64,000 bases of DNA from Macrostomum lignano (lineage: Eukaryota): contig NIVC01000591.1 in NCBI GenBank assembly GCA_002269645.1, positions 682,001 to 746,000 of the forward strand, in the 5' to 3' direction. Both the position numbers and the translations under genes were made by a program. This document shows, in pieces, positions 36,601 through 48,693 of this stretch; the stretch's first letter is position 1, and each line of letters begins with the position of its first letter. Under the pieces are notes generated by a model. That model was not told where the DNA came from. It worked only from the letters and a program-made list of their open reading frames with translations, and did no database searches.

Positions 36601-39600
36601 GCGGTCGTGGTGGACCAGCAAGCGGCGCCTGCCGTTTACAGCCTGCAGCCGGTAGTTCACAGGGCTGACCTTCTTAAGGACGATGAACGGGCCGGACCAC
36701 CGGTTCGACAGCGACTTGCACTGGCCGCGCTTCATCGCATGGTGCGTCAGCATCACTCGGTCACCGGTCTTGAAGTCGGTAGTCTCTGCCCCTAGGTTGT
36801 AGAACTCGTGCTGCGATTTCTGGGCCGTGTGCAGGTGCGCCCGCACTACCTGAAAGCCGCGCCTGATTCTTGCCTGCAGGTCCGCGCAGTCCTGCGGCTG
36901 GTCGCGCTGCCCACCGAGTGCCAAGTCGACCGGCAGTCTGGGCTCGATGCCGCGTAGCACTTTGAACGGCGACTCGCCCGTGGAGCTGTGCTCAGAGCTG
37001 TTGTAGGCCCACACGACATAGGGCAGAAGGGCGTCCCAGCTGGCCTGATTCTCTGAGCAGAATGCGGAGAGCATGTTGCCCAGCGTCCTATTGAACCTCT
37101 CGACGTTCCCGTTGCCGCTGGGGTGAAACGGTGAGGTCCTCGATTTTTCTGCTCCGAGCAGCGCGCAGGTCTGCTTGAAAACTTCGGCCTCAAACTGGCG
37201 ACCTTGGTCCGAGTGCACGACCTCCGGAACTCCGTGCCGCAGCACCACACAGGTCACCAGAGCCTCGGCTACCGTCTTGGCGTCGATCTGGCTGAGGGCC
37301 GCCGCCTCCACCCACTTTGAAAATGTGTCGACAAAGCAGATGATGTAGCGCTTGCCAGACTCGGTGACTGGCAGTGGGCCCTTGATGTCGAGTTGCATGA
37401 CAGCCCACGGCTTGGCCGGTAGCGGCTGCCGCACCAGCTCAGCACGCGCTCGCTTTGGCGCTCCCTTGCGTCGTTGGCAGACCAGGCAGCTCCGCACCCA
37501 GTCCCGCACGTCCTCGCGCATGTCCGGCCACCAGGAACGCTCGCGCAGAGCCCGCAGCACCCGCCGCTGTCCGAGGTGACCCGCGCTCGGCCGGTCGTGC
37601 GCCTGGTGCAGCAGCTCCGCTCTCATGTGCTGGGGGATCACCGGCAACCCGTTGTGGAGCAGTGCGCCGTCCGGTGACAGCGTCAGACAGGGCAGCAGTT
37701 TCTGGACCGACGCACTCACCGCCGCCGGAACTTGAAAGTTGGGCTGGAGCATCGCGTGCCAAACCGCGTGCAGAACCTGGTCCTGGTCCTGCTCGTCAGG
37801 CAGATTAGCGATCTGGAACTTCACCGCCCCTGCTCGGCTGAGGGTGTCTGGCACGATGTTCTCCTTGCCGGGCCGGTACAGGATTTCCAGGGGGAACTCC
37901 TGAATGAGCTGTAGCCAACGTGCCAGCCGACCGGTTGGCTCCTTCGCGTTGAGCAGCCCAGTGATCGGCTTGTGGTCGGTGAACACCTGGATCTTGCAGC
38001 TGTTGCTCAGGTACATGCGGAACTGCTTGAGGCTCCAAACAATCGCGAGCAGCTCCCGGTCCGTGGTGCTGTAGTTGCGCTCTGCCTTGCTCAGCGTCCG
38101 GGAAGCGTAGGCCACTGGCAGCTCCTGGCCGTCGCGCTCCTGACTGAGCACCGCACCCAAGGCCACAGCACTGCTGTCACAGCTGATGACGATAGGCCGG
38201 CTGAAGTCGGGCAGCTGGAGCACCGGGGCCTGGGTCAGCGCGTCCTTCAACTTTTTCAGCACCGCAGCATGCTCTGACGTCCACACGAAGCCGCCGCCCG
38301 CGCCTTTCTGAGCCAGGTGATGCAGCGGTTTGGCAATGTCAGAGAAGTTGGGCACGAACCTGCGGTAGAAGCTGAGCATGCCGATGATGCGTCGAACATC
38401 CTCTTCAGACTGCGGCTCCGGCATCCGCCTGATCGCCTCGACCTTCTCCGCGGCAGGTGCGATGCCGCTCTCAGAGACTTGGTGACCCAGGTACGTGACG
38501 CTCCGGTAGGCAAGAAGCTCTTGCCTGGGTTCAGCTTCAGCTTGGCAGACCGCAGTCGATGCAGCACCTTGGACAGTGACTGAACGTGGTTCTCAAAGTC
38601 CCTGTTGAAGATGATCAGATCATCAATGTACGCGATGACCTCCTCCCAGCTCAGGCCGGTCATGATGAGCTCCATCATTCGCTGGTACGTCGCAGGCGCG
38701 TTGCACATGCCGAATCCCATTTTGCGGAATTGCATCAGGCCGCTCGGAGTGTAGAACGCTGTCAACGGCCGATCCTCCTCTCTGACCTCCACCTGAAGGA
38801 AGCCTTGGCGCATGTCGATCGTAGAGAACCATGAGCAGCCAGCGGCACGGCTTGCCGTTTGCCTCTCCAGGTATAAAAATAGCATGAAGCACGGGATTGC
38901 TCCTTGGGGTTGGTGTGGGTCCCGCACCCGTTGCACCAACCCTTAAAAGTTTCCCGGAGCCTTCGATGGGCAGACAGAGGCCTTGTGCCCCCGCCCAGAG
39001 CACTTGTGGCAGATGATCGGACCCGGCTGTTTCTCTCGCTGCTGACATTGCGCTGCACGGTGTCCGAGCTGGCCGCAGTTGAAGCAGCCGCCTCCTCGCT
39101 GTTGACGGCGACGCCGAGTGTCGGTACCCGACTGTACGCTGACCCTCGCGATGAGCTCCTCCATGCGTTTCTCCAGTCGGTCCAGGCGGTCCTCGCTTGG
39201 TTCTGCCGATGATGTAGCGCTGACGGCTCCGACTGTCGCCACCGACTGTCGCCCAGCCAGCTCCTCCAGCCGAGCCGCCCGCTGCAGCAGAGTCTCCAGG
39301 CTGCAGGTCTCTGCGTCCTCTGCCTTAAGCAGGTTGTCACGAATGTCGGCCTTGAGCAGCTGCAGAAGCTTGAAGCGCACATCTCGGTCTCGCTGAGCAA
39401 TTGAGTCCTCCGGTCTGGCTTTCTGGTGTAGCAGCTTCAGGTTAAAGCAGAGCTCACGCAGTGTCTCGGCATCTCCACGTTTCCTCGCATAGAAGTCGCT
39501 CATGGCCTTAAAGCTGTCGGCTTCGCCTCCATAAAACTTTGTGAGGTCCTCCTTTATACTTTTAAAACTCTTTTGTCTTGTCTCGGCCAGGTCCCAGACG

Positions 39601-42600
39601 ACCAGTTGGGCTTCTCCCGTGAGCAACAGCTTCACCTTCGACGCTGAGGTCGCGTCGTCCCATTTCGCATCGTTGGCGAATTCCTCAAAGATGCGCAGCC
39701 ACTTTCTCACGTCAGTGCCGTCTGTTCCACTGAACTTTGGCGGTAGCAGGGTGTTCTGGGCCATGAGTGCACTTGCACTGGGTTCTCGCTGCCACCAATG
39801 TAAGAGCCGAGAATTTAGAGTAAGTTTACGAAGTATATTTTGATGCAAGATAATTTACGAGCGATTAAATAGTCAGCGATGATAGATCGATTAAAGTGAC
39901 TCACCCAACTGGGGAGGCGGGCATGCACAGAGAAGAAAGCGAGATGCAAGTACATATACTAATAGAGCAGCCCCCACCCCGACGGCCCAAACCAAACGCA
40001 ACCGTTCAATTGTATATTGTTTAAGATTCTAGTTGGTGAATATTGCAGATTGTGAAGATTCTAGTTGGTGAATATTGCAGATTGTGAAGATTCTAGTTGG
40101 TGAATATTGCAGATTGTGAAGATTCTAGTTGGTGAATATTGTAGATTGTGAAGATTCTAGTTGGTGAATATTGCAGATTGTGAAGATTCTAGTTGGTGAA
40201 TATTGCAGATTGTGAAGATTCTAGTTGGTGAATATTGTAGATTGTGAAGATTCTAGTTGGTGAATATTGTAGATTGTGAATATTCTAGTTGGTGAATATT
40301 GTAGATTGTGAATATTCAAGTTGGTGAAGATACTAGTTAGTGAATATTGTATTTGGTGATGATTTTAGTTTGTGAAGATTCTATTTGGTGAATATTGCAG
40401 ATTGTGAATATTCAAGTTGGTGAAGATTGTACTTGGTGATGATTTTAGTTTGTGAAGATTCTAGTTGGTGAATATTGTAGATTGATAAGACTCTAGTTGG
40501 TGAATATTGCAGATTGTGAATATTCAAGTTGGTGAAGGTACTAGTTGGTGAAGATTGCACTTGGTGATGATTTTAGTTTGTGAAGATTCTATTTGGTGAA
40601 TATTGCAGATTGTGAATATTCAAGTTGGTGAAGATTGTACTTGGTGATGATTTTAGTTTGTGAAGATTCTAGTTGGTGAATATTGTAGATTGATAAGACT
40701 CTAGTTGGTGAATATTTCAGATGGTGAATATTCAAGTTGGTGAAGATTCCAGTTGGTGAAGATTCCAGTTGGTGAAAATTCTAGTTGGTGAAGATTCTAA
40801 ATTGCGACATATTTGTTTAAATATGGTTCCCAGAGCATCGTTTCTAAGTTCCAGACTCGTGAACATTAAACAGATCTACGTGTATTTACTTAACAAGAAT
40901 AGGGATGGTCAATGCCCTATATCCCGGGATAAATTCTGTAAACCACAAAGTTCAGACTATATAAAGTCACACCAGCTATTGCCCAACAGCAACTCACAGG
41001 TAAGACACCAAAGACCACACAGCATGTTCTGTGACATGCTCCTCTGGATCCAGCAGCAACTCTTCATCCGATTCATCAATCGAAGCCGACACTTTACTGC
41101 ACCGTTTAATAAGACGTCGCTTCCGTCGCTTAAGCCGCAATCTCGAATCGGCGTCCTTGACAACCGGGTCGCCTTCATTGAAACCGGGCAGCCTCCACAG
41201 CAGCACCTTGGCATCGTCGCCAGCCGACACCAGAAACCTGCCCGGCTGCTCTGTACCCGACGCGAATGCCACCGCGTGCGGACAGCCGGAGTGGCCGCGC
41301 AAACGCCAGCCGGCGAATGTCGACAATGACGACGATGTCGAATCCAGCTGACATTGGTGCACACGGATGGAGCAATCATCGTAGCCGGAAGCGACCAGCA
41401 GGTGCTGCTGAAGGACAGCCGAGGAGCAGCAGGTCAGACCAGCGCCAGCCATGTGCTGCAGGCTGGCTCTCCAGACGGTTGGCAGAACCGCTGAGCTTGT
41501 GGTTGTCGACGACAACGTTGATGTCGAATTGTTGGAAGCTGACGCGGATGCTGAGACGGATGATGCAGCTGCTAGCAAGTTTGCCAAGTCGGGCAAATCG
41601 CGGAGCTCAGCGTCGATTCGTCGAGCTTTGGCCGTCGCTGCTGATGCCGCCGCTGCCGCGGCTGCTGTCGATGTCGCATTCGACGATATGGCCGCAGACG
41701 GCACTGGAGGAGCAGTGGCGGAGCTGTGCTCAAGTTTGACATCAGTAGGCCGAACCAATCGGAAGGCTCGCCAGGCCAATTCCAGCGATTCAGCCGCTTC
41801 GAATGCCCGACTCAGTTCGGCTTCCTCATCGGGAGTCACCCCGATTGGCGCTACGGCCGAGGCCGGAGGCTGGCACAGCTGATGAAGCTCCGTGCGGCCG
41901 CAGGTTCGAACCCATTCGCGTAGGGCGCCAAGCTGGCGGGCGGCGTGATGCTGAAGAGGCTGGCGGTTTACCGTGGCCAGGTGAGACTCCAGGAATGCTG
42001 TGGCTGTACGATGCAGCGGTGAGAAATAAAATAGCACTTTGATTGATACTTACAGTAGGAGATTGAGTTTTTATTCTAACTTGTAGCTATTAATCAGATG
42101 GAATTTTTATTTAGATGGGATCTTTTGAGTTCAGATGGGATCCTTTGAGTTCAGATGGGATCCTTTGAGTTCAGATGGGATCCTTTGAGTTCAGATGGGA
42201 TGTTTTGAGTTCAGATGGGATCCTTTGAGTTCAGATGGGATATTTGAGTTTAGATGGGATCCTTTGAGTTCAGATGGGATCAGTTGAGTTTAGATGGGAT
42301 CCTTTGAGTTCAGATGGGATCATTTGAGTTTAGATGGGATCCTTTGAGTTCAGATGGGATCATTTGAGTTTAGATGGGATCCTTTGAGTTCAGATGGGAT
42401 CTTTTGAGTTTAGATGGGATGTTTTGAGTTCAGATGGGATGTTTTGGGTTCAGATGGGATCATTTGAGTTTAGATGGGATCCTTTGAGTTCAGATGGGAT
42501 TCCTTTGAGTTTAGATCGTATCTTTGGAGTTCAGATGGGATGTTTGAAGTTCAGATGGGATGTTTTAAGTTCAGATGGGATCCTTTGAGTTCAGATGGGA

Positions 42601-43557
42601 TGTTTTAAGTTCGATGGGATCCTTTGAGTTTAGATCGGATCTTTGGAGTTCAGATGGGATGTTTTGAGTTCAGATGGGATCTTATTGAGTTCAAATGTAA
42701 TTTTTTTAGAGCTCAAATGGGATCTTTTGAGAGTTCAAATGTGATCTTTTGAGAGTTCAAATGGGATCTTTTGAGAGTTCAAATGGGATCTTTTGAGTTC
42801 AGATGGAATTTTCTAGGGGTTTCAGATGAGGCTTTATGCACTATCTGATATCTATGGTGCCTATTTAGGTAATTAAAAGTACATCGTTAATAAATAGTCA
42901 CCTGCAGTCAAATCGCTATTATGCAACTCGTAATAAGCGTGCAGAAACAGCGGGTAGGCCACGTCCCACAGCTTGGCGGGATTTGAAAAATGCTGGGTCA
43001 GAGCCGAGTAAAGTCTGCAACAGGCAAGAGGCTCAAACTATGATTTCTATGAGTTGAAGCATATTTTACCTGAAAATAAATTTCACATCCGTCAAAATCT
43101 TTCACAAGCTTGAAAGGTCAGGCATGTACACTCTCTGTGCCTTGGGGGTTCCTCGGCGTGCCACACACAAGCTCCAGGCACTCACCGCTGGTACTCCATG
43201 GCCAGCTCCAGTGGGCTGAGCTGCTCAGCTCGCAGCACCTGTTGCACAGTGCCAGCAGACCGATAGGAAGCGGCAAGCGCAGCCGCTGCCAAAGCCGCAG
43301 CCGAGTGACTGACGGGGACTCCGCCTGCCGCAGCCTGCTGCTGACTGACATCTCCAGAAGTTGCGCCACTGGCATTCGGCTGCCGATTTCTGCCAGAAGA
43401 GCCCGACAATCGATTGCGCGATTTCGCCGCCTTGTTGGCGACCGGGGCGCCGGCGCTGGCGCCAGCGAAAGCGCCTTCGTGAGACACCCTGTTGCCGCTT
43501 GTCCAATCAAGCAGTGCAGCAACTGGCCAAGAGGCGGCTGATGAAGACTGAAGGAGT
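33661..43557 (-). CDS. TAF5L: TAF5/TAF5L-like TFIID/SAGA WD40 subunit, at least 5 exons, 5' end unresolved
   Basis: Exons 43557(or 43547)-43186, 43014-42902, 42003-40998, 35372-34795 and 34091-33661, phases consistent. TAF5 NTD2 motif (VAYPLFLHAYYEL); WD repeats (GHSGCPHAVAF, YLGHDSPVWCCD, LRQFIGHVTDVDLVGFHPSG...DSTVRLWD, AGEDRHVRVFDL); acidic tail. TAF5 versus TAF5L is not certain. Confidence 0.8.
34165..34792. repeat. 22-24-bp minisatellite (GATAATGACACATGGATTATCA) filling the last intron of the TAF5L-like gene
   Basis: Direct reading. Confidence 0.9.
35415..36062. repeat. 32-bp minisatellite (GAATATTGTAGATTGTTAAGATTCTAGTTGGT), left part, interrupted by Gypsy element 2
   Basis: Direct reading; continues at 40009-40800. 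Confidence 0.9.
36382..38939 (-). pseudogene. pol: Truncated pol of Gypsy element 2 (protease and N-terminal RT deleted; RT C-half, RNaseH and integrase present)
   Basis: The protease-proximal IFIPGEANGKPCR joins directly to RT motif AGCSWFSTIDMRQGF at ~38840. YIDD present. 1-bp deletion at ~38512. The RNaseH-integrase ORF 38424-36382 is intact. Confidence 0.9.
38943..39764 (-). CDS. gag: Gag of Gypsy element 2 with two CCHC zinc knuckles
   Basis: MAQNTLLPPKFSG...; CFNCGQLGHRAAQC and CHKCSGRGHKASVC; ends GGA AAC TTT TAA. Confidence 0.9.
   Translation of the reverse strand: MAQNTLLPPKFSGTDGTDVRKWLRIFEEFANDAKWDDATSASKVKLLLTGEAQLVVWDLAETRQKSFKSIKEDLTKFYGGEADSFKAMSDFYARKRGDAETLRELCFNLKLLHQKARPEDSIAQRDRDVRFKLLQLLKADIRDNLLKAEDAETCSLETLLQRAARLEELAGRQSVATVGAVSATSSAEPSEDRLDRLEKRMEELIARVSVQSGTDTRRRRQQRGGGCFNCGQLGHRAAQCQQREKQPGPIICHKCSGRGHKASVCPSKAPGNF
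40009..40800. repeat. Right part of the 32-bp minisatellite, degenerating
   Basis: Same unit as 35415-36062. Confidence 0.9.
42105..42805. repeat. 20-bp minisatellite (GGGATCCTTTGAGTTCAGAT) in a TAF5L-like intron
   Basis: Direct reading. Confidence 0.9.
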
Positions 43558-44634
43558 CTGGGAATAGTATAACTAGTGATTAGGTCACAATGCCAAATGA
43601 TGATGCACCTCTAATTAAATGAGTAAATAAGTAGAAGAAATAAAACACTTCTCAAATAAGAACTAATTGCACAGTTAGAGCTAAGATTATATTTAGATAT
43701 ATTTTAATTAAACACTGCCAACAATATAAGGTATACGCCGTGTACTAAAAGCAATAAAATTAATTAACACATACGTATTTTTATTGATAATTTATTACAA
43801 AGGAACGCGACAGCAGAAAAGTACACAATAAAAGATTAGGCATTTATAGTTTTTACAAACTAATTAATTGTATACTGCTACAGTAGTAACGATAGAAAAA
43901 ACGCATTTTGATACACTTACTATACTACTTATATTACGCAATAATATTTGCACGAATACGAGACACGATTTGAGACAGGGGAGTTATCATGGTCCCTAGG
44001 AACATGACGGCTCTGCACCAGACCAAAGGTGTTTATTAAAGAGATTCTCGAGAACCACGCAAAATCGTCATCTGATTACAATGAGGAACTCAATGCAAAC
44101 AACTTTTTTTAGAAATTAAATACATAACCAGATGGTAAACAAAGCAAACGTTTTACAAGGTAAAAAATTTACAGGCATATATAACTTATTAAAGTTGAAA
44201 CGACACCAACTCCAGTGCAACAGCAAAGCAACCAGAACAAAACAAGAATCCAGTAAAAGAGAAAGGGTCTACAATAAATAAAAAATGTACACAATGTACT
44301 TTAAAAATCGTAAAACGTATGTACTACTCGTAAGCATACTCAAGCGTATTAAAAACGTCAATTCAATTTGCTGAAAATCGTTATCGTAAAGTATTTAGGA
44401 GCTAATAAAAATTTAATAAAACGATTCATAATGACAAAGAAAAGACACCAAAAGCTGCATTGCAGATTTTTTAATTTGAACAAATTTGAACTGCAAAGTT
44501 AGAAGTAATAAAATCTATTGTATGCGAGCTTTACTATTATTCATTAACCAGTGCACCTGATATGCCTGTACTGCAGTTTTTTGTGATTAGCAATCCATTA
44601 CAGCATTGGGATTTAGGGAAGCGATTATCGGAAT

Positions 44635-45175
44635 AGATTAGGGGAACGGATTAGAGATCTTGATTAGGGGAACGGATTAGAGATCTTGATTAGGGGAACG
44701 GATTAGAGACCTGGATTACGGATTGGATTCGAGATCTGGATTAGGGGATTGGATTAGAGATCAGGATTAGGAGATTAGATTAGATAACTAGATTAGGGAT
44801 TGGATTTGAGATCTAGATTAGGAGATTAGATTAGAGATCTAGATTAGGAGATTAGATTAGAGATCTAGATTGAGGGATTGGATTAGAGATCTAGATTGAG
44901 GGATTGGATTAGAGATCTAGATTAGATTAGATTAGAGATCTAGACTAGGGGATTCGATTAGAGATCTAGATTGAGGGATTGGATTAGAGATCAAGATTGA
45001 GGTATTGGATTAGAGATCTAGATTAGATTAGATTAGAGATCTAGACTAGGGGATTCGATTAGAGATCTAGACTAGGGGATTCGATTAGAGATCTAGATTA
45101 GATTAGATTAGAGATCTAGACTAGGGGATTTGATTAGAGATCTAGATTAGGGGAACAGATTAGAGATCTAGCTTA
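44635..45175. repeat. Degenerate ~20-30-bp minisatellite (GGATTAGAGATCTAGATTAG)
   Basis: Direct reading. Confidence 0.85.
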
Positions 45176-45383
45176 GGGGTAGGGTTAGAAGGAATAAACA
45201 CAACCTAAAATGTAGATCAACTAAAGCATTACAGGAAAGATTAGTAATGAAGTGTAGAACTGCATTAATATTCAGTGGCAAACGGCGAATAATTGGTTTA
45301 TGTTTTGGTACATAATCCTCTCATACAAAAATACAAATACAAGACGCTAAATAATTATTCGATCAATCAATTTGATTGATAAG

Positions 45384-46799
45384 TTAATCGTAATATTCTT
45401 CAATAGGCTCTGATTTGGTTGGGGCAACAGCGAGGGCGCCAGAGCCGGATGATGAGGCGGCAGAGGTGCCCACAGACACCTGCGGATGCAGCACAATCTG
45501 GAGCGTGAGCTTCGGCATCTGGCTTTGCTCTTGCTGCTGCTGGGCTGCCGGCTTAGGCAAAAGCTTCGGTGGCTGTCGGGATCGCTGCTGAGAGGTGGCC
45601 GCCTCCTCCTCAGCGGCAGCGGCGGGGCGTTTCAGAGCCGGCTCTTGGGCGGCAGACCGGACACTCGAGATCGACAGCTTGGAGTTGCGACGCTTGTTGC
45701 TGCCGCTGTTGGCCGCAGATGCTGGGCCAGTTCCGCTAGCAGCGACGGCGGCAGCTGCAGCAGCGCGCACGTGTGTCAGCTGATGCGAAGTCAGACGGCA
45801 AGGCCTGGTGAAGGTTTTGCCGCAGGTTGGGCACTGGTGCGGACTGTCGCGGGAATTGTGCGTGAACATGTGCGTCTTGAGAGTGCTGGACTGGGTGAAG
45901 GTGCGGCCGCACTCCCGACAGGTGTAAGGCCGTTCGCCAAGGTGTATCAGCATGTGCTGCTTCAGGTAACTGGCCTGAGAATGGATGAACAATGATGGGA
46001 TAAGAGTTTGACAGCTCTGTATTAGAATGAAAACGGTGAAAACGGTACCTAGGGTCAAGAAGCGTCCTAGAGACTCTTTTTCGTCTATCATGACACAAAA
46101 GCCTTAATTTTGTAGGGTGCCCGACACTAACCCAAAACACTTACCGTAATCTAACAAAAACCCGAACTTGGTCAACTTAATTTGTGGTGGCTTCTTAACT
46201 TGAAATTTCCTGGCCTTTTGAATGATTTTCAATGCACATTCTCAAATTAACATTTTAATCCATACTTTTCAGCAGTGAAAGGGAGCTAAAATTCAAAACT
46301 TGTGCTGTTTGCTGTGAGAATTTAAACTTGGCAGATAAGAAGCTACTGCCACCTACAGCCCCAGACGTTTCTCTTGCGACTTTTACAGATGCTTATATTA
46401 CAGGTGAATTTTACCGAATTACGGTCGAATTATAATTCCAAAAATCGCAACAACAGACCTGGGAGAACATCTTCCTACAGACGCCGCACTCCAAGTTTCT
46501 CTGATCCGAATGGCCAAGCATGTGTCGCAGCAGTGAGGCCCGAGACCCAAATGGTTTTGAGCAAACCAGACACAGCTGCCGACTATTGCCGCTGGCTAAC
46601 GCAGCCTCCACCTCTCGCTCTTCATCATAATCGTCATCGTCATCATCATAGTCGTCGTCTTCTTCGACTTCAGCCTCCGCTCGACGGGCGGCAGCTGCGG
46701 CCACGGCGGCAACCGCTTGGCACTCGCTGCCGAGCACGTGCTGCTCAAGTTTGTTGGGATCACTGAATGATGAACCGCAGGCTTCGCAGCGATACAAAA

Positions 46800-46891
<92 letters not shown>

Positions 46892-47118
46892 GCAAGATTA
46901 TTGCCTCCATCGCACAGCATCTCAACAGAGCAGTCCAACAGTTCAGACTTGAACGCAGTTGAAGCTCCAGCAGTGAGACCGCGCCCAGGCTTAGCTGACA
47001 GAGCACTGGCTTCCTCTAGAGACTTTTTCTCCTGTTTGATCCTGGCCGACAGCTCTGCGCCCAGCTTTTGCTCACTGGTGCGATTCTGTTTGCTGATTAA
47101 ACTGAGCGATTCAGCCAT
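45384..47118 (-). CDS. C2H2 zinc-finger transcription factor with (CAG)30 poly-Q, ~416 aa, two coding exons seen
   Basis: Exons 47118-46459 and 45974-45384 join as CGVCRKMFSQ|ASYLKQHMLIH. Four C2H2 fingers (HLGERPY linker) plus one atypical C2HC finger. The 5' end may lie further upstream (CTAAC branch point and CTCAG acceptor at ~47103). Confidence 0.85.
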
Positions 47119-47338
47119 GCCAAATAGAAGTTAGAAAAACACCTATTTGAGTTTTTGCTTCTCCAACCTAATTTAGTAATTTAGTAAGTAAAACCACTAG
47201 GCTGCGGTTTTTTGCTGGCATGCAAGGTTTTGAAATGAGATAAGTTAAGCATTCAGAGCAAATGGTTAAATGGTAAACTGGAATCAGCCTAGCTAAGTAC
47301 TAAATAATGTAAAATCACAAATGGTAAAATTAATAATA

Positions 47339-47613
47339 TGAGGGCTGTCCATAAAGTAGTGTTACTTATCACTATATCTCTTGTTCTGCTGATCCAAATA
47401 ACATCATTTTGCACACATTTATAGTGGCAACTCTCTTCTTTATGTTAACTTTCACATCATTAAAAACAGACATTGGAAATAAAAGTTATAAACTAAATGT
47501 GTAGCAGGACCTCATAAAGGACCTCATAATAACATCATAACAAAATGATGTTATTTGGATCAGCAGAACAAGAGATATAGTGAAAAGTAACACTACTTTT
47601 TGGACAGCCCTTG
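47339..47613. mobile_element. Mariner-type MITE (~275 bp) with ~70-bp TIRs and TA TSD
   Basis: TA-TGAGGGCTGTCC...GGACAGCCCTTG-TA; inverted repeats 47339-47412 and 47540-47613. Confidence 0.75.
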
Positions 47614-48693
47614 TATCATTGTCTAGCAAAATATCACTGAAACATGGGGAAATAATTACAAGTGTATAGAAACCTATACAAGTAAAATGCTTGGCCAACC
47701 CAAGCTGATCCACCTATATGAAAAGGTTGCTCATTAGGTAAAATTTCAAAACTTTGCAAAAGGTGATACTGTTAGTTTGGAGTTCAAAATTGGATCTATT
47801 TTTCTTCAAAACATTAAATTTAACTGAACTATTAAACATAATTTAAACAAAGATTTAGAAGTTTAGAGATTTAGAGGTTTGGAGATTTTAGTATATGGAT
47901 TTGTCTATAGAAATATGCTGTTGTATTTTTAAAACTAAAAAAATTATATTTTATATAAAAATTCTATTGCAATATAGATAAATATGTATTAAAGTTAATT
48001 TTACAGTCTACACTAAAAATTTTCAATGGCATTACTATTATAGAATATACCAGAATACTTAATCAAACTTTTTGCATAAAAACCAAAAAATATACTCACA
48101 ACATGCTACTGTTATGATGAAGCAATTTGTGAATAGGGTTTAAATGCATTTCTATAGACATTTCCAAATGTTAGTTTAAATTTTCTATAATAAGACATAT
48201 TACATCATAGTTACCAATAAGGACAAAAACTTCCTTGTTCTAAAATGCTAGCCTGCCAAGTTTAATTAGGCACCCACCATCTTAGATTTCTTCTATGGCT
48301 TCAATATCTAATATATATATTAGATATATATTAGGTACTTGTATAACCACAAAAGGTATAGAATACAACATTATCATGGTGGCAGCCACAATTATCCAAA
48401 GAGTAATGAGTTGAAGAAATACAAGTATGAGAGTATAGGAAGTTGGAAGTAATTATTTGGAAGTAAATAGGCTACCAATTATATACTGATTGTTTGTCTG
48501 TCTATCTATCTATCTTTTATTTTTTGAGAATCATTTAGCTAATTTATTTTTCAAATTTGCTTTAAAAATTGCATTTTTTGCAATCATACAAAAATTTGTT
48601 GATGAAAACTTTGAATTAAAATTGGTAAAATATAAAAAAACTATGTTTTTAGTGCTTTAAATAGGTGCTCAATTTTATTTTTCAATTTAACCA

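Larger units (their letters stand above)
36063..40008 (-). mobile_element. Ty3/Gypsy LTR retrotransposon 2, 3946 bp, internally deleted (non-autonomous), in a TAF5L-like intron
   Basis: 210-bp LTRs at 36063-36272 and 39799-40008 (one substitution seen). 4-bp TSD ATTG. PBS TGGTGGCAGCG (tRNA-Leu-like). PPT GGGGGAGAGTGA. Confidence 0.95.

Noticed and set aside
44635-45190. Interstitial telomere (TTAGGG-like)
   Set aside because: Only scattered TTAGGG-like words within a longer GATTAGAGATCTA unit; not a hexamer array.
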